Assembly (NCBI GenBank): GCA_019057385.1 | Contig: JAHQJS010000004.1 | Location: forward strand, 676,962 to 740,961 | Reading direction: 5' to 3' | DNA from: Candidatus Borrarchaeum weybense | GTDB taxonomy: Archaea; Asgardarchaeota; Sifarchaeia; Borrarchaeales; Borrarchaeaceae | DNA: 64,000 nucleotides | Shown here: piece after piece, positions 46,458 through 57,204 of the stretch | How positions within the stretch are numbered: the stretch's first letter is position 1 | Layout of the letters: each line of letters opens with the position of its first letter | Position numbers and translations under genes: made by a program | The notes under the pieces: model-generated | Databases searched by the model: none | What the model was told of the DNA's origin: nothing | What the model saw: the letters and a program-made list of their open reading frames with translations, nothing else

Positions 46458-46612
46458 CACAATCCTCCTGTTATGCATGTGTTGCATGCTTCACTTTAAA
46501 AAAGATATGGTAAATAGAAACGACTATCCTTCCTATTAATGTTGTAATCTTTATAGCTCTATTTATTTTTAAAAAACTTATTAAAGCTAGCCCACTTAAA
46601 GCCTTTCAATTT

Positions 46613-47473
46613 TTGGAGGAATTTTCTTTGGCTGATTTAATGATAATTTTATACGCTTTAGCTGGGATTGGAGTAGGGTTTATAGCAGCTTTACTAGGGC
46701 TTGGCGGTGGATTCATAATGGTACCTCTCCTGAACTTGGTATTTGGAATTCCAATTCGCCAGTCTATCGGGACAAGCCTTTTTACGATCGTTTTTACCTC
46801 TTCTAGTAGTAGTGTAGAGTATGTAAGAAAAAGGGTCACTGATCTTAAATTAGGGGCAATGATGATCCCCTTTACTATTACTGGCGCTGTGATAGGGGCG
46901 AATGTTTCAGTACTAATACCTGAAGACATTCTCAAGGCTATTTTTGGTGTTGTACTCTTTATCGCAAGTGTTCGGATGTTCCTGAAAAAGAATAACAAGG
47001 ATAAATTAGGCCTACAATCTGATACAGAAGAGGACGTATCTGGCTCAAAGTTTCTGTGTGTTAGTCGAATATGCACTGAACCGGATGGGACTCAATTTGA
47101 GTATACCGTGAGCATTCCTCTAATTGCATTATTTGGTTTTTGTGCAGGCTTAGTGTCCGGTTTATTGGGAGTGGGGGGTGGCATAATCCAAGTTCCAGTA
47201 CTGAATCTGATATTTGGAATACCAATTCATATAGCGATTGCAACATCGCTCTTTATTATCATTTTCACATCAAGTTTTGGCATGACCACTCATTTATTGC
47301 TGGGAAATGTAATCCTATCTATAGGCATTTTATTGGCTATTGGTACGGTTATCGGTGGACAAATTGGTGCACGAGCGGCGCAAAAAATAGAAAGAAGGAA
47401 ACTCAGAAAAATTTTTGCTATTTTAATGGCGTTTGCTGGTATTAGAATGTTTATTTCATTATTTGCTATTTAG
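46613..47473 (+). CDS. TauE/SafE (TSUP) family sulfite exporter
   Basis: Two repeats G...GLLG.GGG.I.VP.L..FGIPI..A.GTSL. Confidence 0.9.
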   Translation: MEEFSLADLMIILYALAGIGVGFIAALLGLGGGFIMVPLLNLVFGIPIRQSIGTSLFTIVFTSSSSSVEYVRKRVTDLKLGAMMIPFTITGAVIGANVSVLIPEDILKAIFGVVLFIASVRMFLKKNNKDKLGLQSDTEEDVSGSKFLCVSRICTEPDGTQFEYTVSIPLIALFGFCAGLVSGLLGVGGGIIQVPVLNLIFGIPIHIAIATSLFIIIFTSSFGMTTHLLLGNVILSIGILLAIGTVIGGQIGARAAQKIERRKLRKIFAILMAFAGIRMFISLFAI

Positions 47474-47495
47474 AAGAGAACTTGAAGGTGGTTAA

Positions 47496-49175
47496 ATGAA
47501 TGTTGCAAATGCGATTGTTAAGATTATGGAGTCTGAAAAAACAAAATACGTTTTTGGGCATCCTGGCACACAGACACTTCCTCTTTATGACGCTCTTTAT
47601 GATTCAAATATTTATCACGTTTTAGTCAGACATGAACAGACTGCATCACAAGCTGCAGATGCTTACGCAAAAATTACAGGTAAGGTAGGTATTTGTGATG
47701 CTTCGCTTGGACCTGGTGCGATGAATTTAGGAATTGGAATTGCTGGGGCATGGATTGATTCTACACCGATGATCGCATTTACTGGAGACCGAAGTGCAGA
47801 AATCATAGGGAAAGGCGCATTTCAGCATATTGAAATGCAAGGCATCTTCCACCCCATCACTAAACTCTCTAATGTTCTTTCACTGCCCGATAAAGTTTAT
47901 CATACCATCAGGACTGCCTATCGAGTTGCGTTAAGCGGACGTCCAGGTCCGGTACATATAGTGATACCTGAGGACGTACTTCGTAAAGAAATAAGTGGTG
48001 AAGAAGATATAAAATCTGAACGAATATATAGAGCCTTTGCAAAGCCAAGGGCCGATCCCGAGTTAATCAAGAAAGCTATTGATCTACTTTTACAGGCTGA
48101 ACGCCCAGTAATCTTGGCGGGTGGTGGATGCCACTATTCTCCCGGTAGTGCCTATAAAGAACTACTAGAACTAGCAGAACTGTTATGGATCCCAGTTGCA
48201 TGCACTCTGAATGGACGTGGATGTTTTCCTGAGGATCATCCTCTTTCTATAGGCAGGACAGGAGTTTTTAGCGCAAGATACGTTAATAAATTTGTTTATC
48301 AGGCGGATGCACTTCTGGCAGTTGGATGCCGCTTTGCTGACTTAAGTATGAATCATTGGAAGATTATCAATCCAGAAACGAAGATTATTCACATTGATAT
48401 AGATCCTACAGAAATTGGGAAGAATTATCCAGTTGAAATAGGTATTGTTGGAGATGCAGGAGCCACGCTGTCCGATCTTATAAATGTCCTCAAACAGCAT
48501 CTAACAACGCCACGAGCAAAGGATACTCCTTGGTTGCAAATGCTAGAAAATGGAAAGAAAGAGTGGCAAAATGAAATACATGACAAGATAACATCGGATG
48601 ATGTCCCTTTGAAGCCCCAACGAGTTATAAAAGAGGTTCGTAAATTCTTCGACCGTAAAACAGTTTTTACGCTTGATGCAGGTGAGCACAAAATGCTAGC
48701 GGCTGCCAATGGCTTATTAGATATTTACGAACCTGGCACATGGATTAATTCTGGAGAATTTGGACCCATGGGGTACGGACTACCAGCAGCTATTGGATCC
48801 AAAGTTGCCAGACCAAATGATAATGTTGTTGTCATAGCCGGAGACGGAGGTTTTTCTATGACACTTCAGGAATTGGCAACCTGTGTGAAACATAATTTGC
48901 CGGTAATAAGTTGTGTGCTAAATAATGATTGCCTTGGAGTGATTAAAACCTTTCAACGTAGAACTTATGATTCTCGTTTTATTTCATGTGATCTTAAAGG
49001 ATCAAATCCCAGTTTTGTAAAAGTTGCTGAGGCTTTCAATTGTTATGGCGAAAGGGTAGAAAAGCCATCCGAGATCATACCCGCATTGAAGAACGCATTG
49101 AATGCAACAAAAGAAGGCATCCCTGCGGTACTTGAATTCATTACAGATCCCTTTGAAGCACCAATTCGCGTATGA
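47496..49175 (+). CDS. Thiamine pyrophosphate enzyme, acetolactate synthase large subunit-like
   Basis: VFGHPG, VRHEQ, GPGA.N, GRPGPV, MGYGLPAAIG, GDGGF...N. Confidence 0.9.
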   Translation: MNVANAIVKIMESEKTKYVFGHPGTQTLPLYDALYDSNIYHVLVRHEQTASQAADAYAKITGKVGICDASLGPGAMNLGIGIAGAWIDSTPMIAFTGDRSAEIIGKGAFQHIEMQGIFHPITKLSNVLSLPDKVYHTIRTAYRVALSGRPGPVHIVIPEDVLRKEISGEEDIKSERIYRAFAKPRADPELIKKAIDLLLQAERPVILAGGGCHYSPGSAYKELLELAELLWIPVACTLNGRGCFPEDHPLSIGRTGVFSARYVNKFVYQADALLAVGCRFADLSMNHWKIINPETKIIHIDIDPTEIGKNYPVEIGIVGDAGATLSDLINVLKQHLTTPRAKDTPWLQMLENGKKEWQNEIHDKITSDDVPLKPQRVIKEVRKFFDRKTVFTLDAGEHKMLAAANGLLDIYEPGTWINSGEFGPMGYGLPAAIGSKVARPNDNVVVIAGDGGFSMTLQELATCVKHNLPVISCVLNNDCLGVIKTFQRRTYDSRFISCDLKGSNPSFVKVAEAFNCYGERVEKPSEIIPALKNALNATKEGIPAVLEFITDPFEAPIRV

Positions 49176-49195
49176 ATTGAATTTGAGGTGAGTTT

Positions 49196-50149
49196 TTGAA
49201 AAATGTGCCTGCAATAGTTGTGCATGGTGGAGCGTGGGATGTAAGTCGTGAACTAGTTGGTCCAAATAAAACTGGAATAAGTCACGCAGCTATAGCTGGA
49301 ATTGAAGTCCTTAAAGCCGAAGGCAATGCTTTAGATGCTGTTGAAGCAGCGATTAGGATTTTAGAAGATGACGATTCGTTTAACGCTGGAATTGGTTCAG
49401 TACTGACCTTAGATGGACATATTGAAATGGATGCTGCTATTATGGATGGAAAAACGCTGAAGGCGGGTGCTGTAGGATCTGTTTCAAATGTTCGCCATCC
49501 TATTTCTTTAGCGAGAAAAATTGCTGAAGAAACGATCCATGTGTTTCTTGTTGGTAAGGGAGCCGATGACTTTGCCAGGGCTGTTTGCGCACAAGAAGTT
49601 TGTTCTTTTGGCGAATTAGTTGTTGAAAGAAGGAAAAAATTATGGGAGGATATAAATGAGCGTATGGGCGATAAACTCGTTGATGGATATCTCAAAGCTC
49701 AGGTGGAACTACTTGACAAATATCCTCTTCTCAAAAACGTGCCCTTAGACACTGTCGGTGCAGTTGCCATTGATAAAAACGGAGATATAGCGGCTGGAAC
49801 TAGTACTGGTGGCATGCCGATGAAGTTATCGGGACGAATTGGTGACTCTCCATTGATCGGATGTGGCACCTATGCAGATAATGACTCTGGTGGTGTTTCA
49901 GCAACAGGGCATGGAGAGTCAATTATCAAAACAACTCTCGCGAAAACTACTTGCGATTTAATAGAGCGCGGGCATAACGCCCAGAAAGCTGCAGATGTTG
50001 CAATTGATTTTCTATGGACGAAAATTGGTGGCAAAGGCGGAGTTATCGTGATCGACAAAAACGGAAATGTGGGTTTATCTTATAACACAACAAAAATGCC
50101 AAGAGCTTGGATGAATACCGAGATGTCCACTCCAGAAGTGACAATATAA
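49196..50149 (+). CDS. Isoaspartyl peptidase/L-asparaginase (Ntn hydrolase)
   Basis: VVHGGA, FNAG.G, EMDAAIMDG, TVGAVA, TSTGG, GRIGDSP, TGHGE. Confidence 0.93.
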   Translation: MKNVPAIVVHGGAWDVSRELVGPNKTGISHAAIAGIEVLKAEGNALDAVEAAIRILEDDDSFNAGIGSVLTLDGHIEMDAAIMDGKTLKAGAVGSVSNVRHPISLARKIAEETIHVFLVGKGADDFARAVCAQEVCSFGELVVERRKKLWEDINERMGDKLVDGYLKAQVELLDKYPLLKNVPLDTVGAVAIDKNGDIAAGTSTGGMPMKLSGRIGDSPLIGCGTYADNDSGGVSATGHGESIIKTTLAKTTCDLIERGHNAQKAADVAIDFLWTKIGGKGGVIVIDKNGNVGLSYNTTKMPRAWMNTEMSTPEVTI

Positions 50150-50169
50150 TATTCAAACTGTAAGAGAAC

Positions 50170-50350
50170 TTATTTTTCTGGAGTATCGTCGATATAAATC
50201 TGTGTGACGGATGTGGCGTCTGCATCGAAAGATGCGTCTTCGGTGCTAAAGTATCGCAAAATGGAAAATCTAGAGTGATCGCGGAAATTGCTATGGATGT
50301 GGGCTCTGTGTTACGACATGCCCCAAAGATGCGACACACCTCGTAGAAGG
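50170..50350 (+). pseudogene. Frameshifted 2x[4Fe-4S] ferredoxin-domain fragment
   Basis: CDGCGVCIERCVFGA, then after a frame break near 50287 CYGCGLCVTTCP; no start codon found. Confidence 0.7.
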
Positions 50351-50518
50351 TAGTTCACTCGATCCTCCTACAAATGTATGTATATTAAAAATATGTAAAT
50401 AAAAAAAATATAAAAACTTGAACTATACATACATATTTTTATAAGTTTAGGTTGGAAAGTTGATCACCAACCTATAAGGAAAATAATTTCTAGATTAAAT
50501 CATATGGGGGGATATTGC

Positions 50519-50863
50519 ATGACAACTGAAGAAATATTAAAACACCATTTAGAATCATTTGGAACTGGGAATGTAGATGAGATAGTAAAAGATTACACTG
50601 AAGATAGTGTGATATTTACACCAGATAAAGTGGTTAAGGGTCTTTCAGAGATACGAGCCCTATTTAAAATGTTCACCACCGAATTATTGCCACCTGGGTG
50701 CGATTTTAAGCTGCTGCAACAGCAAATACAAGAAAATGTAGCATACATTGCATGGAATGCAGAATCGGAATCACATAAATTCTATATCGGAACTGATACA
50801 TTTGTTATCAAAGATGGAAAGATAGGACTTCAAACTTTTGCAGCACATGTTGAAAAAAAATAA
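50519..50863 (+). CDS. SnoaL/NTF2-like protein
   Basis: TTEEIL.HHL..F..G..D.I..DY..D, G...IR..F, YI.W, GTDTFV..DGKI..QTF. Confidence 0.85.
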   Translation: MTTEEILKHHLESFGTGNVDEIVKDYTEDSVIFTPDKVVKGLSEIRALFKMFTTELLPPGCDFKLLQQQIQENVAYIAWNAESESHKFYIGTDTFVIKDGKIGLQTFAAHVEKK

Positions 50864-51078
50864 GTGTTGAGTATTCTGGATTTAACCAGCCAAATACACA
50901 AATTTAAAAAACCATCAATATTCTGTCTTCTTATGGTAAAAAGAATAGCAGTAGTGGATAATGAGAAACTGCAATGCATCGCTAATTAGTTCGTTTTCTT
51001 TTTAGTCATCAGACAAAAAATTAGGAATTGGGCCTGCTGTGCTATTGATAGGTTGGTGCATTGGTTTAATTATGTTTT

Positions 51079-51609
51079 TTAAATTGCGTTTTTTTTAAAG
51101 TCCTTGTTGGTAACAACAATGAACTTCCAGGGTTGAGTGTTCCCAGCGCTAGGAGCAAACCGACCTGCTTCCAGCACCCTCTTTATGAGATGTTCTGGTA
51201 CCGGCTTGTCCGAGAAGTTTCGCACGCTACGCCGCATGAATATCACTTTCTCGCCAGCATTCCATTGATCGGATTTACCTTCAGCATCCCGAGGTTCTAG
51301 GGGCGTTCTAGCTGGCAAGGGGCCAGGAAGAGTTTTCCAGAACCCTGAGTCCACGTGGTATGATTCAATGATAGAGATAGCATCCTCTGGGCAGGCTACC
51401 ATACAGTTGTAACAGCTAAAACATGGCCAGTTTTCTTTCATTTTTGGAATGTAATTCTCATCTATTTCCCATGTATCGAAAGGACAGTTCTCAATACACA
51501 ACCCACATTTCTCTCCGGTACATTTATCAGGATCCGCTTTCAATTTTCCCCAATGAAAATCATCTGGACTATATATCGGTTTCAAATCTTTTTCCCAGGT
51601 CATAGGCAT
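51079..51609 (-). pseudogene. Ferredoxin-nitroreductase fusion, 3'-truncated
   Basis: Two Fe-S motifs, then RRSVRNF...AGRFAPSAGNTQPWKF, ending soon after; most of the nitroreductase domain is absent. Confidence 0.75.
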
Positions 51610-51806
51610 GATTTTCCCTCCTTATTCTGACCCCAATTCAAGAAAATAATCGTAAAATTAAGAACAAAATGTTTGTATGGGCTATTCATACTTTTAGAAT
51701 TTTCTTTTACAAATTACAAATTGTAAATCTCTCTAGATCTGACTCTTGGGCAAAAACTTTAAGACAGATGGGACAAAAAGCACTTCAGAGAATAATATAT
51801 GTAATC

Positions 51807-52949
51807 TCATGATTTAGTTTTTAGTACTCTTCTCGCTTCATCTATTTTTTCTCGGATTACATAACCTGGGGGCGGGCAACCTTCGATGAATATTCCAAAC
51901 TCTGCAAGTTTTTTGCAGCAGTTACCTACCAAAACATTCTTTTTACATTTTTCATTAAATTGAACATCTGGACCTATATAAAAAGTAGAATTTTTGAGAT
52001 CGTCAAGTCTTCCATCAATTTTCGCGTACTCCAAATTTCTTAACAATTCTGTAAGACATCCACTACAGGCGTTCCCATTTATAAGTTCAATTCCTTTAAA
52101 TTCTTTTAACTGCAACCAAGGCTCTTTGAAGGTTCTCTTAACTGTATCTATTGGCGCACCGTACAGTTCCATGTTATCAATGTCAATTTCACCCAACCCT
52201 TTTGAATATGCATATTCAAGGTGTTTAATTTCGTTTGGATCCATTCCCATGATTTCTGTACAAACGCTATCTACAGTTACTGGTTCAAATCCTGCAACGA
52301 TCAAACCCATTTCTACTGGAGTGCCTCTTGAAGGTCCAAGTCCTTCTAATCCTACAATACCATCTGCGATGACGATGTCTGGAGTGAACGTTGCATTCAA
52401 ATCGGCGATACCTTCTTCCAGCCCAGCAAAATGTACTTTAGCTTTCTCTCTCCTAGGCAGCACACCTTTCATATTTTTCAAAGCTAATGTGACGCCCGTT
52501 GCAACATGGGTCTTCATTACAGGAATATCGATAATTACATCACTTTCAACTACAGTTTTAACAGTTCGTACTTCTTTTAGCACAGTTCCTTTTGTAATAG
52601 GGACTCTTATAACTTCATCTTTATCAAAATCTACAATTTTCACAGATTCCTTTTTTGCTACTTCGTACATTCCTGAGGCATGTAAGCATTCTTCGGTAAC
52701 TCTCCCATGTACCGAACTCTCACCAATTACTGGTGTTGCTCCTAACTTTTTTACCATTTTAACTATAACATGAACTACCTTTGCATCCGTGATGATACCT
52801 GAACCTGGTGAAAATGAGCCCTGCACATTAGGTTTGCATAATACAATATCCCCTTTAGATATAACAGTCTCAAGACCGCCTATTTCATCAAGTGCCTTAG
52901 TTATATCTTGTTCTATGTTGCCAGTGCTTGAAATCGCAACAGGGTGCAA
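51807..52949 (-). CDS. DUF362 domain Fe-S protein
   Basis: VLCKPN, P.MKTH..TGVTLALKNMKG, DGIVGLEG.GP..G, ACSGC, GNC, GCPP. Confidence 0.85.
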   Translation of the reverse strand: MHPVAISSTGNIEQDITKALDEIGGLETVISKGDIVLCKPNVQGSFSPGSGIITDAKVVHVIVKMVKKLGATPVIGESSVHGRVTEECLHASGMYEVAKKESVKIVDFDKDEVIRVPITKGTVLKEVRTVKTVVESDVIIDIPVMKTHVATGVTLALKNMKGVLPRREKAKVHFAGLEEGIADLNATFTPDIVIADGIVGLEGLGPSRGTPVEMGLIVAGFEPVTVDSVCTEIMGMDPNEIKHLEYAYSKGLGEIDIDNMELYGAPIDTVKRTFKEPWLQLKEFKGIELINGNACSGCLTELLRNLEYAKIDGRLDDLKNSTFYIGPDVQFNEKCKKNVLVGNCCKKLAEFGIFIEGCPPPGYVIREKIDEARRVLKTKS

Positions 52950-52981
52950 TTAATCGCCTCTTTTAATTCATACATGCATCC

Positions 52982-54013
52982 TTAAGGGATCAACAATACC
53001 TTGATAGCGTCTTTACTTTCCATCAGTTGAAAGCCCTTTTCCCACTGCTCTAGTGGTAGTGTTGCAGAGATTAAGGTTTTTACTTTAAGTTTTTTGAGTG
53101 AAATTAACTTAATTGCCAACTTCCAACTTGTCCAGAGCGTCCCCCATGAACCTTTTACTTCCAATTCTCCTTCTACAATTTTATCTAGGCTTATATTTAT
53201 TTCCCGTCCCGTAAGACCAACAAGTCCTATCTTTCCTCTTCTTCGGACAATATTAAAAGCTTGTTTTTGTGCTGGTGGTGCGCCTGAGCATTCAAAAACA
53301 ACGTCAGCGCCTAAATCATTTGTTATTTCTTTTATTTTTAAAGTTGGATTCTCTTGTTCAACATTAATGATATGATCAGCACCTAACTCTTTGGCAATTT
53401 CCATTCTATCTTGGTCTGCAGCTATACCTGTGACTATGGTTTGGGAGGCGCCTGCAAGTTTTACTAATTGAAGAATTAACAATCCCATTGGTCCTGGTCC
53501 CAATATTACTACAGTGTCCCCCATGTTAACTGGTACCATCTCAGTGGCATGGATTGCACAAGCAGCAGGTTCAGCTATTGCAGCTTCTTCGAAAGGGATA
53601 TCTCTTGGCAGTTTATGAGCAATTTTTGCTGGTACTGCCATATATCTAGCAAATGCCCCATTAGCTCGAGCAACACCTAGAATTCTCTTGTTCGGATCAA
53701 TACATCTATTTGTAAAACCTATTCGACAAAAATGGCAAACGCCGCAATTAATTGTTGCTGGTGATGTTACTTTGTCTCCAGCTGCGAAATCTGTTACATC
53801 ACTTCCAGCTTCAACAACAACTCCCGCATATTCATGACCTAAAGTCACAGGAGGCACATAATGGGATTTGTCATGGAGAATGTGAAGGTCCGTTCCACAG
53901 ATTCCTGCTGCCTTTATCTCTACAAGTAATTCATCAGATTTGATTTTCGGAGGTTCTAAGTCCTTAAACTCGACATTACCTTCTCCCTTAGCAGTTTTCA
54001 TAAGGACTTTCAT
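52982..54013 (-). CDS. Zinc-dependent medium-chain dehydrogenase (sorbitol/threonine DH-like)
   Basis: GICGTDLH, GHE, CGVCHFC...C, EP, GPGPMG. Confidence 0.92.
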   Translation of the reverse strand: MKVLMKTAKGEGNVEFKDLEPPKIKSDELLVEIKAAGICGTDLHILHDKSHYVPPVTLGHEYAGVVVEAGSDVTDFAAGDKVTSPATINCGVCHFCRIGFTNRCIDPNKRILGVARANGAFARYMAVPAKIAHKLPRDIPFEEAAIAEPAACAIHATEMVPVNMGDTVVILGPGPMGLLILQLVKLAGASQTIVTGIAADQDRMEIAKELGADHIINVEQENPTLKIKEITNDLGADVVFECSGAPPAQKQAFNIVRRRGKIGLVGLTGREINISLDKIVEGELEVKGSWGTLWTSWKLAIKLISLKKLKVKTLISATLPLEQWEKGFQLMESKDAIKVLLIP

Positions 54014-54211
54014 TCAATAACATTCTCCTTTCACGATTTTTTCTGAATTGGTTTAACAGTGTTTTGAAATTTATCAATCTCTTCTAAAGATAAGACTGAT
54101 TCTTTTTGTATTGTTTATATATATGCATCAGTGCTGATTAAGATATGACTTTCTCAGTAGCAATTTATGATTTTAGTTAGCCCTTTAAGTTCTTGATATT
54201 AGGTGTTATAG

Positions 54212-54985
54212 ATGAGCTCGCGAGTGAGAGACGCATTCAAAGGTTTAGGTTTAACAGACTATGAAATCAGTGTATATATGACATTATTACACTTAGGACC
54301 ATCTCCCGCAAGTGAAATAAGCGACGATAGTAATGTACCTCTCTCAAAAATCTATGAAGTTCTTCGCAAATTGGAAGAAAAGGGGTTTATTCAAGTAAGA
54401 AAAGGTGATATGCAGCATAAAACAAAAATTTATAGTGCTCTAGCACCAAATGAGGCAGTCCAATTTACATTGCAGAGCATTGAACGAGAACTCAAAGATT
54501 TTGGTCAAGTTGTTGTTGACGAACTCACTCCTGTTTATGAAAAAAGTGGTGAGCCCGAATATCATCAGGTAACGCTAATTAACGGAACTGCGAACTTACT
54601 CGAAAAAGCATTTGAGACACTTGATAATTCACGATTGACGGTTCTTGTAACTTTGCCATTTATCACAGACGCATTAGTCAAGTTATTTGAGCCAGCAATG
54701 CAGATGCTTATAAAAAGAGGAGTGAACCTCCGAGTCCTTATTTCCAAAGGCTCATTGCCCCTGTCAGCCTTAGACCGATTGGCAGAAAGGATACAAGTAA
54801 GAGTTAGAGATGCCCTATTCGGTGGAGGGATCATCAGTGATAGTCGTGAAGTACTTATCATTCTCGGAGAAATTACAGGTAAAGATATACAGCCTACTTT
54901 TGGAATTTGGTCAGAACATGTAGGATTATCGAGATTTGCAGAAGACTATTTTGAATTCCTCTGGAGTTCTGCAGAGCCATATTGA
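54212..54985 (+). CDS. TrmB family transcriptional regulator
   Basis: LGLTDYE..VY..LL..G...ASEIS..S.VP.SKIYEVL..LE.KG. Confidence 0.9.
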   Translation: MSSRVRDAFKGLGLTDYEISVYMTLLHLGPSPASEISDDSNVPLSKIYEVLRKLEEKGFIQVRKGDMQHKTKIYSALAPNEAVQFTLQSIERELKDFGQVVVDELTPVYEKSGEPEYHQVTLINGTANLLEKAFETLDNSRLTVLVTLPFITDALVKLFEPAMQMLIKRGVNLRVLISKGSLPLSALDRLAERIQVRVRDALFGGGIISDSREVLIILGEITGKDIQPTFGIWSEHVGLSRFAEDYFEFLWSSAEPY

Positions 54986-55208
54986 ATTCATAATAAACCC
55001 GTTTTATAAAAACCTCATCCTTTTTGGTCAAAAAGGTATCATTTATTAACAATATAATTGAATTAATATAGTGAGAAAATCTTTTTAGAGCAAAACTATG
55101 TAGTATTGAAATTGTTAAGAAATATGACATTTGCGGCATTCGGAAGTTAGATATTTTAATATGATTGTATTTAACTGAATTTATCATATTCTACTAGGAG
55201 GACGATCG

Positions 55209-55439
55209 TTGGAAGAAGTTGTTTGTGTGAATTGCGGAAAGGTAATTGGAGGCCCTGAAGACATCTCAGGGGACGATGCAAAAGTTTTAGCATGTGATCT
55301 TTGCGGAAAGCCCGTATGTGGTGATTGCGCTAAGCACCTTAGCATGTATGTATCGGAAGGAGGGGTTCGTAGGCTAAGGAGTTTACGATTATGTCCAAAA
55401 TGCGCACCAAAATCGCGTAAAACCTATAAAGATGTCTAA
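55209..55439 (+). CDS. Small zinc-finger protein
   Basis: AGGAGG SD; CVNC, CDLC..VC..C, CPKC. Confidence 0.7.
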   Translation: MEEVVCVNCGKVIGGPEDISGDDAKVLACDLCGKPVCGDCAKHLSMYVSEGGVRRLRSLRLCPKCAPKSRKTYKDV

Positions 55440-55577
55440 TCGCAAAGTATTTTTTATTTACTATTAACTAATTTTTCTCAATTTTGTACGAATATAATCG
55501 GTATTACAATAGTAATATTTCTGTATGCGAAGCCTTTATAAGGAAGTTATACACAGCCCTCATGAGGAGGGTTGTGA

Positions 55578-55739
55578 ATGAAGCTTATCTCGGTTAAATT
55601 GCCAGAGAAATATCTTGAGGGGCTTGATACCTTAGTTCGAATAGGTGTGTATCCGTCACGGAGCGAAGCGATTCGTGTCGCAGTCAGAGATCTCTTGAAG
55701 CGAGAAGTATGGGAAAAAGGGGTACCTCCTAGTTCTTAA
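55578..55739 (+). CDS. Ribbon-helix-helix regulator (CopG/CdrS-like), not in ORF track
   Basis: GGAGG SD; MKLISVKLPEKYLEGLDTLVRIGVYPSRSEAIRVAVRDLLKRE. Confidence 0.88.
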   Translation: MKLISVKLPEKYLEGLDTLVRIGVYPSRSEAIRVAVRDLLKREVWEKGVPPSS

Positions 55740-55815
55740 TTGCCGCTGAAAAATCTAAAGATGGTTTCTTTTAATTAATCACTGATCAATTTATCTTTCG
55801 AGGAGTTTTTATACA

Positions 55816-56535
55816 ATGACACGTAATCTCTTTCATTTAAAATACGGGATTATCCCTGCTTGTGATGTTAAGAGTGTATCCGAGTTAGAAAATCTCGTTG
55901 AATTGACTACTGGTATTGAAGGAATTGTAGGCTACAAAATAGGTTTTTCATTAGGTTTAAGTCATGGGTTACGAACTGTTGTCGATACTATCGAAAGACA
56001 TTCTGATTTGCCTGTAATTTATGATCATCAAAAAGCAGGTACAGATATTCCTCAAATGGGGGGGCTTTTTGCACGAACATGCAAAGCGAGTGGTATTACT
56101 GGAGTTATCATATTCCCACAAGCTGGACCCGTAACCGAGGAGGCTTTTATAAGCGCTCTAATTAGTGAAGGTCTCATACCTTTGGTTGGAGGCGAAATGA
56201 CTCATCCCAAGTATTTAGCGAGTGAGGGAGGCTTCATTAGAGATGAATCGATTGAAGAAATGTATTTGACTGGCGCAAGAAACGGTGTGACATATTTTAT
56301 TGGTCCTGGAAATAAACCTAAACGAATAAATCATTACGTAAAACTCCTAAGAAATGAAATCCCACAACCTATGTTTTGTATGCCTGGCATCGGGCGTCAA
56401 GGTGGAGATATTAAATCCGCATTTGAGGCAACCGAAGGGCTACCTGCATATGGAATTGTCGGGAGAGCTATATATGCGGCATCTGATATAAGAAAAGCTG
56501 CAAAAAAATACTGCGCTGTAGCTTTAGAATCATAA
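55816..56535 (+). CDS. pyrF: Orotidine 5'-phosphate decarboxylase
   Basis: IPACD, GYKIG, YDHQKAGTDIP, PGIG.QGG, IVGRAIY. Confidence 0.85.
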   Translation: MTRNLFHLKYGIIPACDVKSVSELENLVELTTGIEGIVGYKIGFSLGLSHGLRTVVDTIERHSDLPVIYDHQKAGTDIPQMGGLFARTCKASGITGVIIFPQAGPVTEEAFISALISEGLIPLVGGEMTHPKYLASEGGFIRDESIEEMYLTGARNGVTYFIGPGNKPKRINHYVKLLRNEIPQPMFCMPGIGRQGGDIKSAFEATEGLPAYGIVGRAIYAASDIRKAAKKYCAVALES

Positions 56536-56589
56536 AAGTTTATTAGTCGGTACTTATTTTGGTGGGTAGTTACAGTGAGGCTTGTTGGA

Positions 56590-57204
56590 TTATCGAGATC
56601 GACCTTTTTCAAAATTGATTCGAATTTCTTCATCGGTTTTGATTTTTCGCACAGCTTTTCTTGCTTGTAATCCACGGGCTGCCCATCTCTTAGCTACAAT
56701 TATTGAATTTGCCCTATTTAATTGACCTTCAATAAATTCTTTATCATTATCACTTATTATAGCATCTAACTCCTCTTCTTTCATGGTGGAAAATCCATCT
56801 CTCCCTCCTACCTTAAGGTTGGCAAAATCTTTGAATCGTAATTTTTTCATTGGTTTTGAATTTAAACGATTAATATCAGCTTTTGTTTTTGGATTAACTG
56901 GATCGTGCCATTCAATAACATCTTCCCAATTACCTTTATCAAGATATTGTCCTCTATAATCTTCATTTCGCAATACTTTCTTGAAAAAATTAGTTAAATG
57001 TACAGACGATGGTTTTACATTAAAATTTCTCACATACTCTGCAAGAATGTTTTTTCCCCTACGGACGATTATTCTGTATCGAATAGGAGGGTCTTCACGA
57101 TTCTTTAAACTATCAAGTATTTCCCAATCGTCTACGTCATCAATTAATTGAATGTGATACTGCTTTCTTTTAATTGCAAATATTTTTTCTTTCACTTTAA
57201 TCAT
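56590..57204 (-). CDS. Hypothetical basic protein
   Basis: 204-aa ORF overlapping the upstream gene; ends RWAARGL....AVRKIKTD. Confidence 0.7.
   Translation of the reverse strand: MIKVKEKIFAIKRKQYHIQLIDDVDDWEILDSLKNREDPPIRYRIIVRRGKNILAEYVRNFNVKPSSVHLTNFFKKVLRNEDYRGQYLDKGNWEDVIEWHDPVNPKTKADINRLNSKPMKKLRFKDFANLKVGGRDGFSTMKEEELDAIISDNDKEFIEGQLNRANSIIVAKRWAARGLQARKAVRKIKTDEEIRINFEKGRSR

Noticed and set aside
51994-52773. Long antisense ORFs (also 41424-41990, 17650-18069, 46606-47076, 49282-49695 and others)
   Set aside because: Shadow frames of well-supported genes on the opposite strand, with no motifs or SD.
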